From assembly GCF_009914755.1 (NCBI RefSeq), contig NC_060936.1: 64,000 bases of DNA. One strand, 5' to 3'. Shown in pieces: positions 1 to 20,394 of the stretch; the stretch's first letter is position 1, and each line of letters starts with the position of its first letter. The translations under genes and the position numbers were made by a program. Source of the stretch: the human T2T-CHM13v2.0 reference genome, Homo sapiens. A model generated the notes under the pieces. That model saw nothing but the letters and a program-made list of their open reading frames with translations, did not search any database and was not told the DNA's origin.

Positions 1-243
1 AAATACATCTTAGTAGTATCATGAAAATAATTTTTACCCCAAAGAGATTCCTTAAAGAAGTCTCAGGAACTTTTAGGAGTAGTCTATGGACTGCATGCTG
101 ATATGGAATGATTTGTTTTAATCTTTCATCTTCTAATACCCAAATCCACTAGTCTTTCCTTTCTCCCTGGTTTCCTTGACTGCCCTGCTGTGTTTTCAAT
201 CTTTTTGAAACTTCTCTTTCACTGGTTTCATTGGTTTTGAATA

Positions 244-528
244 CAGTTATCTCTTGGTGTCCATGAAGGATTGGTTCTAGTACTCGCAGCAGACACCACA
301 GATGCTCAAGTCCCTTATATAATATGGTGTAGTATTGCATGTAACCTATGCACATCTTCACATACACTTTAAATCATCTCTGGATTACTCATAATACCTA
401 ATATAATGTAAATGCAATGCAAATAGCTGCTATATAGCATATTGTTTTTTATTTATATTTTTATTATTGTATTATTATTTAGCTTAGAATCCATGAATGT
501 GGAACCCACAAATATGGAGGGCTGACTA
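244..528 (+). mobile_element. MER2 (TcMar-Tigger non-autonomous DNA transposon)
   Basis: cagttatctcttggtgtccatgaaggattggttc...ggagggctgacta with TA on both sides; internal gatgctcaagtcccttatata and aaatcatctctggattact motifs. Confidence 0.85.
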
Positions 529-544
529 TACACAGTTTCCTGGA

Positions 545-2960
<2,416 letters not shown>

Positions 2961-2989
2961 GTGTTTTCCTTCTTCATATTGGTTCTCTG

Positions 2990-4080
2990 TTATCTAGTCA
3001 TGAAATCCTGTTGATTCCTCCTTTCCAGTCTCTCTCACCATCACTGTCACCATGACCATCACCACTCCCTTTTTCCTCTGCTGATTTGCAGTTAAAACCC
3101 TTATGGATCTCACCCTTAAATCCTTGCAATGGCCTCCTACCTGATCTCTGCCTGCACCACGTCTTCCCAGCAGTCCTATACCGGGGTAATCTTCCTTCAG
3201 CTCCTGCTCAGAAACCATCAATAGCTCCCAGCTGACTACTCAACAGAGTCAGCAATCCTGTCTGTTCTACCTTCAAAATAAATCCAAAATCTGACCACTT
3301 CTCTCCGCCTCTACTGCTTCCCCTGGTCTGAGTTGCCACTATCTCTGGATTATTATTATTAATATATCATTATTATATTCAATGTATTATCATTATATAC
3401 TTGCCTCCTGACTGATCTCACCCTGCCTTTGCCTCCCTTCAGTCTAGCCTTAATGAAGCATCTAGAGGGTTCTATTCAACTTAAGTCAGCAGGTCACTCC
3501 TCTGCTCAAAGCCCTCTCAAGGCCTCTATTCTCACTCAGATCAAAAGGCTGATTGCCAGCACCCGCAGGTTCTGTCCCTCTGCCCGGGCCCCACTGTCCT
3601 CTGACTCATCTCTCAATCTGGCCTCTACCCTTCTGCTCCAGCCCCAAAGCTTTCCCTTCCTGGAATGTTAAGCAGGTCCAGCCTTGGTGCCTTCACATGG
3701 TAAGTTCCTTGCCTGGAAGGCTCTTTGCACAGATAAGCTCAAATCCTTCCTACACCTCAGGTCCTTTGTAAAATGTCACCATAAGTATCAGTGAGGACTT
3801 CCCTATCTTATCTAGAAGTGTATACAACACTACCCCTCCCCACCCTGTAACCCTCCCCCATCACACACTTCTTGTTCTTCTTTCCTGCTTTTTCTATTTT
3901 TCTTCTCAGTACTTATTACCTTTTGACATACCATATATCTTACTTTTCAGTCTTTCAAAGCAGGGATTATCATCTACTTTAGTCCCTACCGTACCCCAGT
4001 GCATAGTACAGTTCCTGGTACACAAAATTTCTCAAAAAGTATTAGCTGAATGGCCGAACAATGAGTGAACAAGTGCTCTG
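2990..4080 (+). mobile_element. L2 fragments
   Basis: ttctaccttcaaaataaatccaaaatctgaccacttctctcc; cactcctctgctcaaagccctc; L2 3' end cagttcctggtacaca...tgaatg. Confidence 0.7.
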
Positions 4081-4669
4081 TACTCTAGGCAGTCAATACA
4101 ATATTTATTAAGCACTCACTATGTGGTTAGCATTGCATTAGGCATTGGGGGAATATGGTAGAATTTTAAGAGGTGCTTTCTATTCCTAAGGAGCAAAATC
4201 AAACAATGATGTTCTATGCTAAGGGCTAACTGTATGGAATAGCCAATGTTGTAGAGGTTAAAGAGAAATCAATCTCGACCACAGTGGTCGGGAGAAGTAG
4301 TTCTTGAACAGAGAAGAGATGACGGCATTCCAAGGGAGGATAATGTAGTAAAGACACAGCGGTAGGAAGGAGCATGGGGCATTCACTCCAAGAGACTGGG
4401 CTAATTTCAAGGGAGGAAAAATATTGTAACAAAATGGATGGGAAAGTGAAAAACCAGGCAGAGTCTGAAATTGATAAATGGGAAAAAAAAATCAATTGAC
4501 TAGGTGTAGGAGAAGGAAAAGGACAAATTAAAGATGTTTATGCCACTGATATAATGGTCTTCAGGTCTTCAAACCTTTTTGCTGGCATAGCTCCTAGAAG
4601 AATTTTGAAAAACTGTATATCCTCCTTTCACATTTTAAAGTTGCCATCTAAACCTTATGTTTTTATTTC

Positions 4670-5780
<1,111 letters not shown>

Positions 5781-7379
5781 GTGTGTGCTTTCTAATGCCT
5801 ATTGAAGGTGTGTTTTAAGTGCTTATGGCAGATGTCTGCCATGCAATCTAAATGGCAAACCAATCAGCTGGATCAGTCTTACTTACAACACACCTGGCCT
5901 GTCCCTCAACTTTTCTATTCTTTCACCAAAATGGAAGTTCCTTATGTTAGAGAACTTACAGAGAAAAGGAAGACAAAGGAAAATAGGAAGGAGAGTTAAG
6001 CTCTGCCTGACACTGTCTACTTAAGTGATGGGTAACTGATTAGGTTCAGTGCTTAGAACTTCATATAATGAGATACAAAATCTCATTACTGACCCACTCT
6101 GCCAGCTAGAAGAGCACTTGTAGATCATGGACATTTAGGTGGGGATATAGCCACCTTTGATCCTTTCTGTTCACTAGATTAAGCCTTGTTGCTAGTACAG
6201 GCAGGAGCCAACATACCTTCCACACTCCAGCAATCCTGTACACCTTGGGCTGAGTCATATGCTGAACAGTTATTCATGAATACAGATTCTTACTTAGAAC
6301 TGAAGAATTACCTGCTCCAAACCCTTCATTAGGTAGATAAGAGACTAAGGTCCAAAGGGGATAACTGGCATGCCCAAGGTTAACAGAGCAGAGCTCAAAT
6401 TAGAATCCACATCACCTGATTTCCATTCTACTATTCTTGCCACATGCCTTGGCACTTGGCAGTGACCTGGGAGTGAATCACTAATAACCAGCTGTGTGCT
6501 CTTTTAAAGCTACAGCTCTATTATTCTTTGATGTCCAGATAACAATCTATGCTCCAGCACCTGTTTATAGACATAAGCACACCCATTTTTATGTTTGCTT
6601 ATCCTCCTATTGAAAAATATTTTAAAAGTTCATTTTAATGCTAAATTTAGGTGTACTTTCTTTGTTAATCTAATTCTTGAGCACTCTGCACCCTTCAGCA
6701 GTTCATTTCTGAAAGTTAGCTCCACCTAAATAGCTCAAGCATTGTGACAGCTGTGATACAGGACTCATGGAAACTGGGACAAGTGATCAAAAATGTCTGA
6801 GGGAGGAACAATAGAGGGGACATTTTAAAGGTAAGCTATTGGATAGTTGTTACCTGTGAGAAAGAAAGAAAAAGGGTTAGGTTAAGAAATGTTAGTTTTT
6901 TACTCTCTCAACCCAGCCAAACAACCTAAACTTGAACTGTCCCAAAGGCCTACCAAAATTCTTTAATTTCTTCACTTAAGCTGAGTGCTCTTAATAAGCA
7001 AGACTTCTGAGGTGTAGTGCTAGTGATTAATGTTATACACACCCGTTGGCTGACTGGTGAAACCTGCTGCAATAACTAAAAATTATTCTATAAAAATGTA
7101 TAGACAGAGAGAATGTTAAAGCTAAAAGAGGCCGTTGACTCATTTCTTTGTTTTAGTAGAACAGGTGCAACAGATTGAGGCACTTTAAGACATCTAAATG
7201 GCTTTACTAGCAAAGATAAAAATCACACTTGCCTGTACTCAGGGAATTTTATCACATTCTAATTCTTTGTAAATCAGTGAATCCCCTGGTGCAACTTCTA
7301 GCCAGATTATCTGGGCTTTGGAATCAGAATTATCTAGTTTAAAATTTAGCTCTGCAGCTTGGGCAAATTACTTACATTC

Positions 7380-8472
<1,093 letters not shown>

Positions 8473-8640
8473 GAAAATTGAGTATTCTTTTAATGGATTT
8501 TAAGATATAAAATCTCAGGCTCAGAAATTTGAGCCACCTAGGGGTGAGAAATTTTGGCCTTTGCCCGCTTCGAACTGACTTAACTAAATTAAATCTATAG
8601 AAAGTAAAAAATAAAGGTCTGTGAATGTACCCAGTACTCT

Positions 8641-8850
8641 CAGGAAGAAGCATATTTGCCATGAAGCTAAAAAAGCTTCAGTTTCACTCCCCTTCCAAGG
8701 CTCTGGGGGGTGGGGTGGGGGCGGGAGCTAGCAACGTGCTCACATGGTCATATATTTTTGTAAAACTTATAGAAGATATTTTTGTATTCTTTTTCTTAAA
8801 GAAGATATCCAAGATTGTATAAGCTTCAGATCCCAGAAATCCTAGATTTA
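8641..8850 (+). mobile_element. MER53-like hAT MITE
   Basis: catgaagctaaaaaagcttcag...ccccttccaaggctctggg...ctcacatggtcatatatttttgtaaaa...gtataagcttcag resembles the recalled consensus. Confidence 0.55.
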
Positions 8851-10368
8851 AAAAAAATAATCAACCACCACCCCAACAAAATTAGGCACATGCCTGAAAA
8901 TTCTGCTGCTACTGCCAGAATTCTGCGGGTAGGGGCTTCATCCAAGGTGTTCCTAATAATAGGCAGAGTCCCCAGATTAGTTCCGGTGAGGCTTTTGGGA
9001 GGGGTTATTTGGCGCGGTGTTGGTGTTGGTAGGATCCTGGCTGTGAGGCTGAGGCAGGCCTGAGGAGGGCTGGGGCTGACAGGTAGGCAGAGTTGGCTGG
9101 GATGTGAGGTGCAAGGGGTGGTACTTCGGAAACAAACTTTGAAGAGGAGAAGGGGCAGCAAGACTGTGAGTCTGGACTTTGTGATACACTGTCACCCCTA
9201 GTTTAGTGTGCCTGGTTAGGGAGAATCAAGCAGCATGGAACCCCTCTTCCTTTTTCACTAACATTTTTCTGTATAGTGGTTGAAACCCAGTGTTAAGAGA
9301 CTGCATGACATTGGAAAAGAAGGGGAGGAGAAAAAGAGTCCATATGAGGCAAGAACAGAACGCAGCCAGAATTAGGGCAGGCAGGGAAAGGAAGGGAGTG
9401 AGATGTGGGAGTCGGGGGGGAGTTGAGGTAACCTGCATTTTATATGCTAGAGCTACGTATTTTAGATGCAGGGGCAACTGTTTCGGTCCAGGAGTGGAAA
9501 GGACTGTAGAAGCAATCTAGCACAGCTGTTTCTCACTTGGGAAAACTGAAGCCCTCAGAGGCAGAGGGAGGAATGGGGAGCGGCCAGGCCAGGACAGGAC
9601 TCAGCCCCCAGTTCCTCTTCTCAGGCGTCCGATTCCTTCTGATCTTTCTCTCCTGCCCTCTCTGTTACTGCTTCCTCCTGTTCTTACCCTTATATACACT
9701 TGAAGTTTTATCCCCATTTTTTATGCTTATGGGATTGTACACTTTCTGGTTCTCTCTCAAGTCCAACCAGTATGTGGTAACCTGTCTCTTCCCACTTCAT
9801 TTGTGGCACTGGTTTGCAGTGGACAAAAGGTCCGTGCTCCTCTTCTAACCTAATCTGGACTGGGTTGCCCAAAGGTTGCCCTGCCACACTGCCAAGTGCC
9901 TAATTAGCTGTTTTCTCTCCAACCCCTCCAAACACTTATCATGAGTAATTTCTCTTGTCTTTAGAGTTGCCAAATCTAATCTCTGTAAATACAAATGTGG
10001 TGAGACTTCTTCTCAGGAGTTTCAGCAAATGAAACAATAAACTCTTTTTTACCCTGCTAAGATTCTAAAGATAACCATGAGAATACTCCTAATTATCCTT
10101 ATAAATTTGAATAAGTGTGGTTGTTGGGTTCTCTCACCCTTTTTATATCCCTTCAAAAGAAAATACAAGTTTGAATTCTATAAAATATTTTTCTGGCCGG
10201 GCGCAGTGGCTAACGCCTGTAATCCCAGCACTTTGGGAGGCTGAGGTGGGTGGATCACAAGGTCAGGAGTTCAAGACCAGCCTGGCCAACATGGTGAAAC
10301 CCCATCTCTACTAAAAATACAAAAGTTAGCTGGGCGTGGTGGCGGGCGCCTGTAATCCCAGCTGCTCA

Positions 10369-10572
<204 letters not shown>

Positions 10573-11104
10573 TCAGTAAAAATGGGCAAAGCACAAATGA
10601 CAACTAATGGATTTTGTTAAGTCCTATGTGTCACTTTAAGAACTTGAAACTGGCTCAAATAAAAACCATTTTATTTGGTTATTAAAATGAGACTTAAAAA
10701 CTTAAAACAAGATTTTAAGTGATCTTAAAATATCTTATCCTACAGAAGATTTTAGAGGCAATGTAGTACAAAAAGCTCTTCCTTTTCTCTGAAGAATTTA
10801 TTGAGTGCTTTGGGAGTAGGGTGAGTTTTTTTTTTTTTTTTAACATATGTTTGATTCAATTAAGCAAAAATAGTTTCATGTCTCACTGAACTGAATACAT
10901 TCTACTATCCATTGGTTTTCAATGTTCACTTATTTATTTTATTTTAGTAGAGACTGGGTCTCACTGTGTTGTCCAAGTTGGGTTTTCAAATTTTATGTCT
11001 AACACAGTGTGCTAAATACAACTGAGTTTCATAAGCCATTTTTCCCACTTCTGTACATGGCACTGGTCTCAACCTGTATCATGCATAAGAATTACCTAGG
11101 ATGC

Positions 11105-11412
<308 letters not shown>

Positions 11413-11789
11413 AAGAATTACCTAGGATGCTTATTAAAAATGCAGATTCCCAATTCCTGAAGGGAGGTCATGCCTTGGCATCTTACTTAGCGAATCAGTG
11501 CTATACAGAAAGTATGAGAGACTGGTTCATATCAAAGAATATTGTGAAACTCTACACTATATTTGTGAAGATATAGAAAACCCGTTTTATGGCTAAAAAT
11601 CATCATTTTACTACTACTAAGCTTCATTATTAGTAGATGGAGTTTTTTTAAAGGGTCATTTTTCACAAAGAAAAATTTGTTTTGTCTTTTAACACTTTAG
11701 GACTGTTACTTCATAGTTTATCCGGGGCAGAGAACAACAGCGGGTTACTCTCAAACCTGCTCTGGAGTTTCAGACTAGCAGCTGACATT

Positions 11790-12025
11790 TTTGGGGACCT
11801 TTCTTTAAGCTTGACATTGTAAACACTTTGTATGTATTAACCCACTTAATCCTCAAAACAACCTTGATGAGTAGGTATCCTTATCTTACGGAAGAGGAAG
11901 CTGAAGCACAGACAGGGTTAGTGACTTACCTAAGGTCACAGTGCTGGAAGGTAGCCCAGCTGGAATTTGAACCCAGACAGCATGTGGGTTCAGAGTGTTT
12001 TCATTTTTAACTACTCTGCTATATT
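11790..12025 (-). mobile_element. MIR
   Basis: cttaatcctcaaaacaacc...gaggaagctgaagcacagacagggttagtgacttacctaaggtcacag...ggaatttgaacccagac. Confidence 0.8.
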
Positions 12026-12419
12026 ACCCTCTCTAGTTTTCAGTATTCATATTAGCACCTCAGCCTTCCCCAGATGACTACAAATCCCATACATATGTGT
12101 ATACACACATACCCAGGGTCATTCATGAAATCTGAAACTTCGGGTGTTCAATTTGACTTTATAGAACCTTCTACCTCTCCTGGCTGATAGTATCTCTTTC
12201 TCATTTCACAAATTAAACTTCCTATAACACTACCTTAAACATGCCACCCCTGCTCAAAATACTCTGGTGGCTTCCTACGATCTATAAGATGAAAGCTAAC
12301 TTCCTTAGCTTGCCATTCAAGGCCCTTCACAGTCTTTCCAGTCTTACTGTTTATTCTATCCCTACTTGAGCACAAAGCATTTTTTTCTTTGATCATGCAT
12401 AGTCCTTCTTTCTTCATTT

Positions 12420-13400
12420 TTTTAAGTGTACAATTCAGTGGATTTTAGTATATTCAGTGTTATGCAACCATCTCCACTATCTAATGCCAGAACATTTTCA
12501 TCTCTGCTATCTAATGCCAGAACATTAGAAACCCTGTACCGCATAGTGGCCATTCCCAATTCACCCTTCCTCTTATCCCCTAGCAACCACCAATCTATTT
12601 TCTGTCTTTACGAATTAGCTTATTCTGGGTATTTCATATAAATGGAATCATACAATATGTGGCCATTTGTGTCTGGCTTGTTTCATGTCACAATTTTTCA
12701 AGGTTCATCTGTGTCGCAGCATGTGATCAGGATTTCATTGTTTTCTTATGGCTGAATAACATTCCATTGTGTGGATATAACATTTTGTGTATTCATTCAA
12801 TTTGTCCCAATTGGTGGACAACTGGGTTGTTTCCACTTTTGGCTATTATAATAAAGCTATGAACATTTGTGTACAAGTTTTTGTGTGAATCTATGCTTTC
12901 AGTTCCCTTGGGTGTAACCCTAGGAATGGAATTGCTGGGTCATATGGTAACTGTGAACTTTTTGAGGAACTGACAAACTATTTTCCACAAGTGGCTGCAC
13001 CATTTTACATTCCCACCAGCAATGCTTGAGGGTTCCAATTTCTCCGTATCTTCACCAACACCTGTTTGTGTGTTTTTGATTATTGCCATCCTAGTAGGTG
13101 TGAAATGATATATCATTGTGGTTTTGATTTGCATTTCCCTAATGACTAAAGATATTAAACAGCTTTTCACGAGCTTATTGGCCATGTATATGTCTCTTTT
13201 AGAGAACTGTCTATTCATATCCATTTTGTAAACTGGGTTATCTTTTTATTGTTGAATTCTAAGAGTTCTTTAGACATCTGAATACTAGACTTATGATTTA
13301 CAAATATTTTCTCCTATTCTGTGGGATAGCTTTTTACTTTCTTGATAGTATCCTTTGGTGCACAAAAGCTTTTAATTTTGATGAAGTCCAATTTATCACT
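12420..13400 (-). mobile_element. Old L1 (L1MB-like) 3' end with ORF2 C-terminal remnant
   Basis: ORF 12940-13224(-) ...[25 protein letters not shown]... is the L1 ORF2 C-terminus; L1 3'UTR follows. Confidence 0.88.
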
Positions 13401-13704
13401 GATCATACCAGCTGGAAATCTACTTTTTTCTATGTCAGCATCTCAATATTACTTGATGATCTGGGGAGAATTTTTGAAAATATAAAAATAATATACATAA
13501 AATTTTGATATAAAACAAGAGGGCCAAGACTTGAAGAAATCTGGAGCTTCTGTTGAGACGATGACCTGGGGTCCCAATGATTACTGTTAGGATCTTAATG
13601 TACTTAGTGGAAAGGTTGAGAGGCGCTGGCCTACGGCAGGCACTCCTACAGTAAGACTGAACCTAAACTGACATTGGTCAGTTTACTTGGGAAGTTGACC
13701 ATAT

Positions 13705-16869
<3,165 letters not shown>

Positions 16870-16896
16870 TAGGCACCGGAAGAAATATGCTAAATT

Positions 16897-17068
16897 AGTA
16901 ATCCTCAAACTCTAGAGTAATAAGTATAACCTGGCTTGCTAGAACAGATTACTGGGCACTATCCTCAGAGTTTCTCAATCAGTAGTTTTGGAGTAGACCA
17001 AAGAATCTGCATTTCTAACAGGCTCCCATAAGATACAGATGCTGTTGGTCACAAGACCATACTTTGTG
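16897..17068 (+). mobile_element. MER5A (hAT-Charlie)
   Basis: aacagattactgggc...cagagtttctcaatcagtag...agaatctgcatttctaacaggctccc...gatgctgttggtc...accatactttg. Confidence 0.75.
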
Positions 17069-17874
17069 TCTCCTTGGAAAGGGAGAAAATAAATATTTAT
17101 TGACAGGGAAGGGAAGAACAATTATTTAAGATGATCTTGGGTCAAGCATGGTTAAGTGTTTACATAGTTTATCTTATTTAGTCCTTACAACATCCCAATG
17201 AGCAACAGTTCTCAAACTTTTCCAGGCCAAAGGAGAATGAACACATCACAAAAGAGTATGCCTAAGCAGTCTTCTAGAAATAGAAAATTTCTTTGATGAC
17301 TGTATTACTTTAAAAATTCATATAAATTTTGTATTCTGTTTCAAAATACTGCTGCTAGTTATGAATGAAATATAAATCTAAAAATATTTATCAGATAAAT
17401 TGCTTAACTCTTCATTGCAATTCTTTAGTAAAATTGGCCTGTGGGAATATAAAGAAATGGGTGGTTGAACTCTGGTAATGAGCTTATGGTGAAACAGCTA
17501 GTACATATTTATTTGATCCAGCATTTGAACCTAGGCCAGAAGATCTCTAAAGACAATGCACATGTTACTACCTTACTCTGTCATTGACCTCCACCTACAT
17601 AAAAGGCCTATCATGTTTTTCTCTACTGCTCTTTTACGATCTTCTATTGTTCTGGTTAAAGAGGACTACTTGCTGTTCCTCAGATTTTTCTCAAAATTTT
17701 TTTTTCTTTTTCCTTAGATTCAGGGACAGACAGGGTCTTACTCTTCCTGATCTCCAGATTACTCTTTGTAGCTGGAAAGCTCCTCCGCTTTCATCTCTAC
17801 TTTACTAGAATCTTACCATCCCCTTTAAGGCCCAGCTAAAATGTCACTTTCTTTCAGAAGACCAAATACCATTA

Positions 17875-19145
17875 TTGATTGATTGATTGACTGACTGAGA
17901 CAAGGCCTCACTCCTGTTGCCCAGGCTGGTGCAGTGATGTGATCATGGCTCACTGCAGCCTTGACTTCTGGGGCTCTGGTGCATCCTCTCACTTCAGTCC
18001 CCTGAGTAGCTGGGACTACAGACACATGCTACCATGCCCAGCTAATGCAAATATCATTTTTAAAAGGCGACTGAACTGGACGCCTCATATGAGCTCCCAT
18101 GGCTGCCCAGACATGCTTTCATGTCAGTGATTATATAATTTTTTTTGTAAATTAGCTTATGCAAATAATCTTGTGGACCCTAACTTATACATGCTTCTGC
18201 AAAGAAACATGTTTAACGATAAAGTTATACTGGAATTCAAAACATGATGTTTTATGGAATGTAAGACATTGGGGTATAGATAAAAAGTGGTTGGAAAAAA
18301 TATATATATTTATTTTTAGAGATGAGGTCTCCTTCTGTCATCTAGGTTGGAATGCAGTGGCATCATCATAGTTCACTGCAGTCTCAAATTCCTGGGCTCA
18401 AATGATCCTCCCACCTTGGTCTCCTGAATAGCTGGGACTACAGGTGCATGCCATCATGCCTGGCTAATTAAAAACAAAATTTATTTATTTATTTTTGAGA
18501 CAGAATCTTGCTCTGTTGCCCATGCTGGAGTGTAGAGGTATGATCTTGGCTCAATGCAGCCTCAACGTCCTGAGTTGAGCGGAGGACCCCGGGCTCCAGT
18601 GATCCTTCCACCTCAGCCTCCCAAGCAGCAGGGACTACAGACATATGCCACCCAGCCCAGTTAATTTTGTTCACTTTTTGTAGAGATGAGGTATCACTAT
18701 GTTGCCCAGGCTGGTCTTGAACTCCCGGACTCAAGTGATCCTCTTGCTTTGGCCTCCCAAAGTGCTGGGGTTACAGGCGTAAGCCACCGTGCCTGACCTG
18801 GAAAATTGTATTTAAAAGAAATTCTTGGCCAGGGGCAATGGCTTATGCCTGTAATCTCAGCACTTTGGGAGGCTGAGGCTGGTGGATTGCTTGAGCTCAG
18901 GAGTTTGAGACCACCCTGGGCAACACGGTAAAACCCTGTTTCTACAAAAAATACAGAAAAAATTAGCCAGGCATGGTGGCTCACGCCTGTAGTTCCAGCT
19001 ACTCAGGAGGCTGAGGCTAGAGAATTGCTTGATCTGGGAAGCAGACGTTGCAGTGAGCTGAGATTGCACCACTGCACTCCAGCCTGAATGACAGAGTAAC
19101 ACCATGTCTCAAAAAAAAAAAAAAAAAAAGAAAGAAAGAAAAAGA
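17875..19145. mobile_element. Alu cluster (AluJ fragments minus; full Alu plus at 18827-19145)
   Basis: Alu consensus; TSD AAAAGAAATTC around the plus-strand copy. Confidence 0.85.
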
Positions 19146-19794
19146 AATTCCCAAACGGGAAGGTTTAGATTATGATGAAATTTGTGGCTATGAACTAGAA
19201 TAAAGTCTAAACATGTAGAAGTAATATACCTAGACTTTTAAAATTGGAAGGGTCCTTGAAAGTCATTTAGGACAGTCTCCCTATTTTATAGCAGTAGAAT
19301 TTTTGGACCCTGCTTTGTATTATGGTCAGAAGTCTCTTTGTTTCATTAATGCTGCTTAATTTTCATCTAGCTTACCTTTGGTCTCTTTATATTGTGATTC
19401 CAGTGCTACCTGAAGAAAGCTTTCTGCACTGAATAATGGATTTTTTTCTGAAGGGCCAGACCTGACTTTGGTCCAAAGGGAACTAAACTGCAGGACCTCC
19501 TTTGATTTTAAAGGTCGCTAACTTTAGTGATGCTAATTCTGAACCTCTGAGGGATGAATTGTTACCCCCAGCTGCAATTTTTGATCAGTCTAACAGCCAA
19601 GCCACCATCATGGCCAAGACTAGGGAACACTCACAGTAAGCAGGGTGGCCATCTGCTCCATTTGGCCAGCTCTAGCTTTGGACACTGAGAGGTGGCTCAT
19701 ATACTGATTGCATCTTGGTTTAACCACTGAGAGTGAAAAGAGAAAAGGACACCAAGGGCATTTATCTTTTCCAGCCCCACATGCTCCTCCCAAT

Positions 19795-20025
19795 CTCAGC
19801 GGTAAAGAGCAGGAACTCTGGAGTCAGGCAGAACTCAGTGTGACTTTAAGAAAGTTACTCAATCTTTGTAGGGCTGACTTTCCTATCTGTACCAGGAGAT
19901 CTTAACAGCACTATAATTACCTCACGGGTAACTGGCAGGTTTAGGTGGGGAACTGCCTGTTGACCATTTAGGACAATGTCTGGTACACAGAAAATCCTTA
20001 ATAAATGCCAGCTATTACTATTATC
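19795..20025 (+). mobile_element. MIR (source of the 85-bp copy at 16381)
   Basis: gagcaggaactctggagtcag...gtgactttaagaaagttactc...tttaggacaatgtctggtacacagaaaatccttaataaatg. Confidence 0.7.
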
Positions 20026-20394
20026 AAGGGGTAGCAACATTAACATACCCAATCAACGTGAATAAGATCCTCTTCTCTGTATAACCTTTTCCATGGCATT
20101 TCATTCCCTCCCTGAGTCAGTTATGATACCAATACTGTCTCCTAAAACTCTGTCTTTAGCCCAGCTTCTTTCCTGAGCTCAAGACCAGGCTTCACAACTC
20201 CCAAGATACCTGGAAGTGCCCTTGGAACCTAAAGTGAACCCCAAACCAGATCATTTCCTGGCACTTAAGAGTATCTGATCCTCCACTTGATCTCTGGCAT
20301 TGGTCAAAGATACCCTTATCTTTCCAGCTACTCAGGCAGGAGGATGGAGTCTTTTTAAAATTACGACTTTATCCTCCAGCTAATAAGTTGCCAA

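Noticed and set aside
12470-12530. Duplicated CTATCTAATGCCAGAACATT
   Set aside because: Ordinary short tandem duplication within an old L1 3'UTR; no sign of function.
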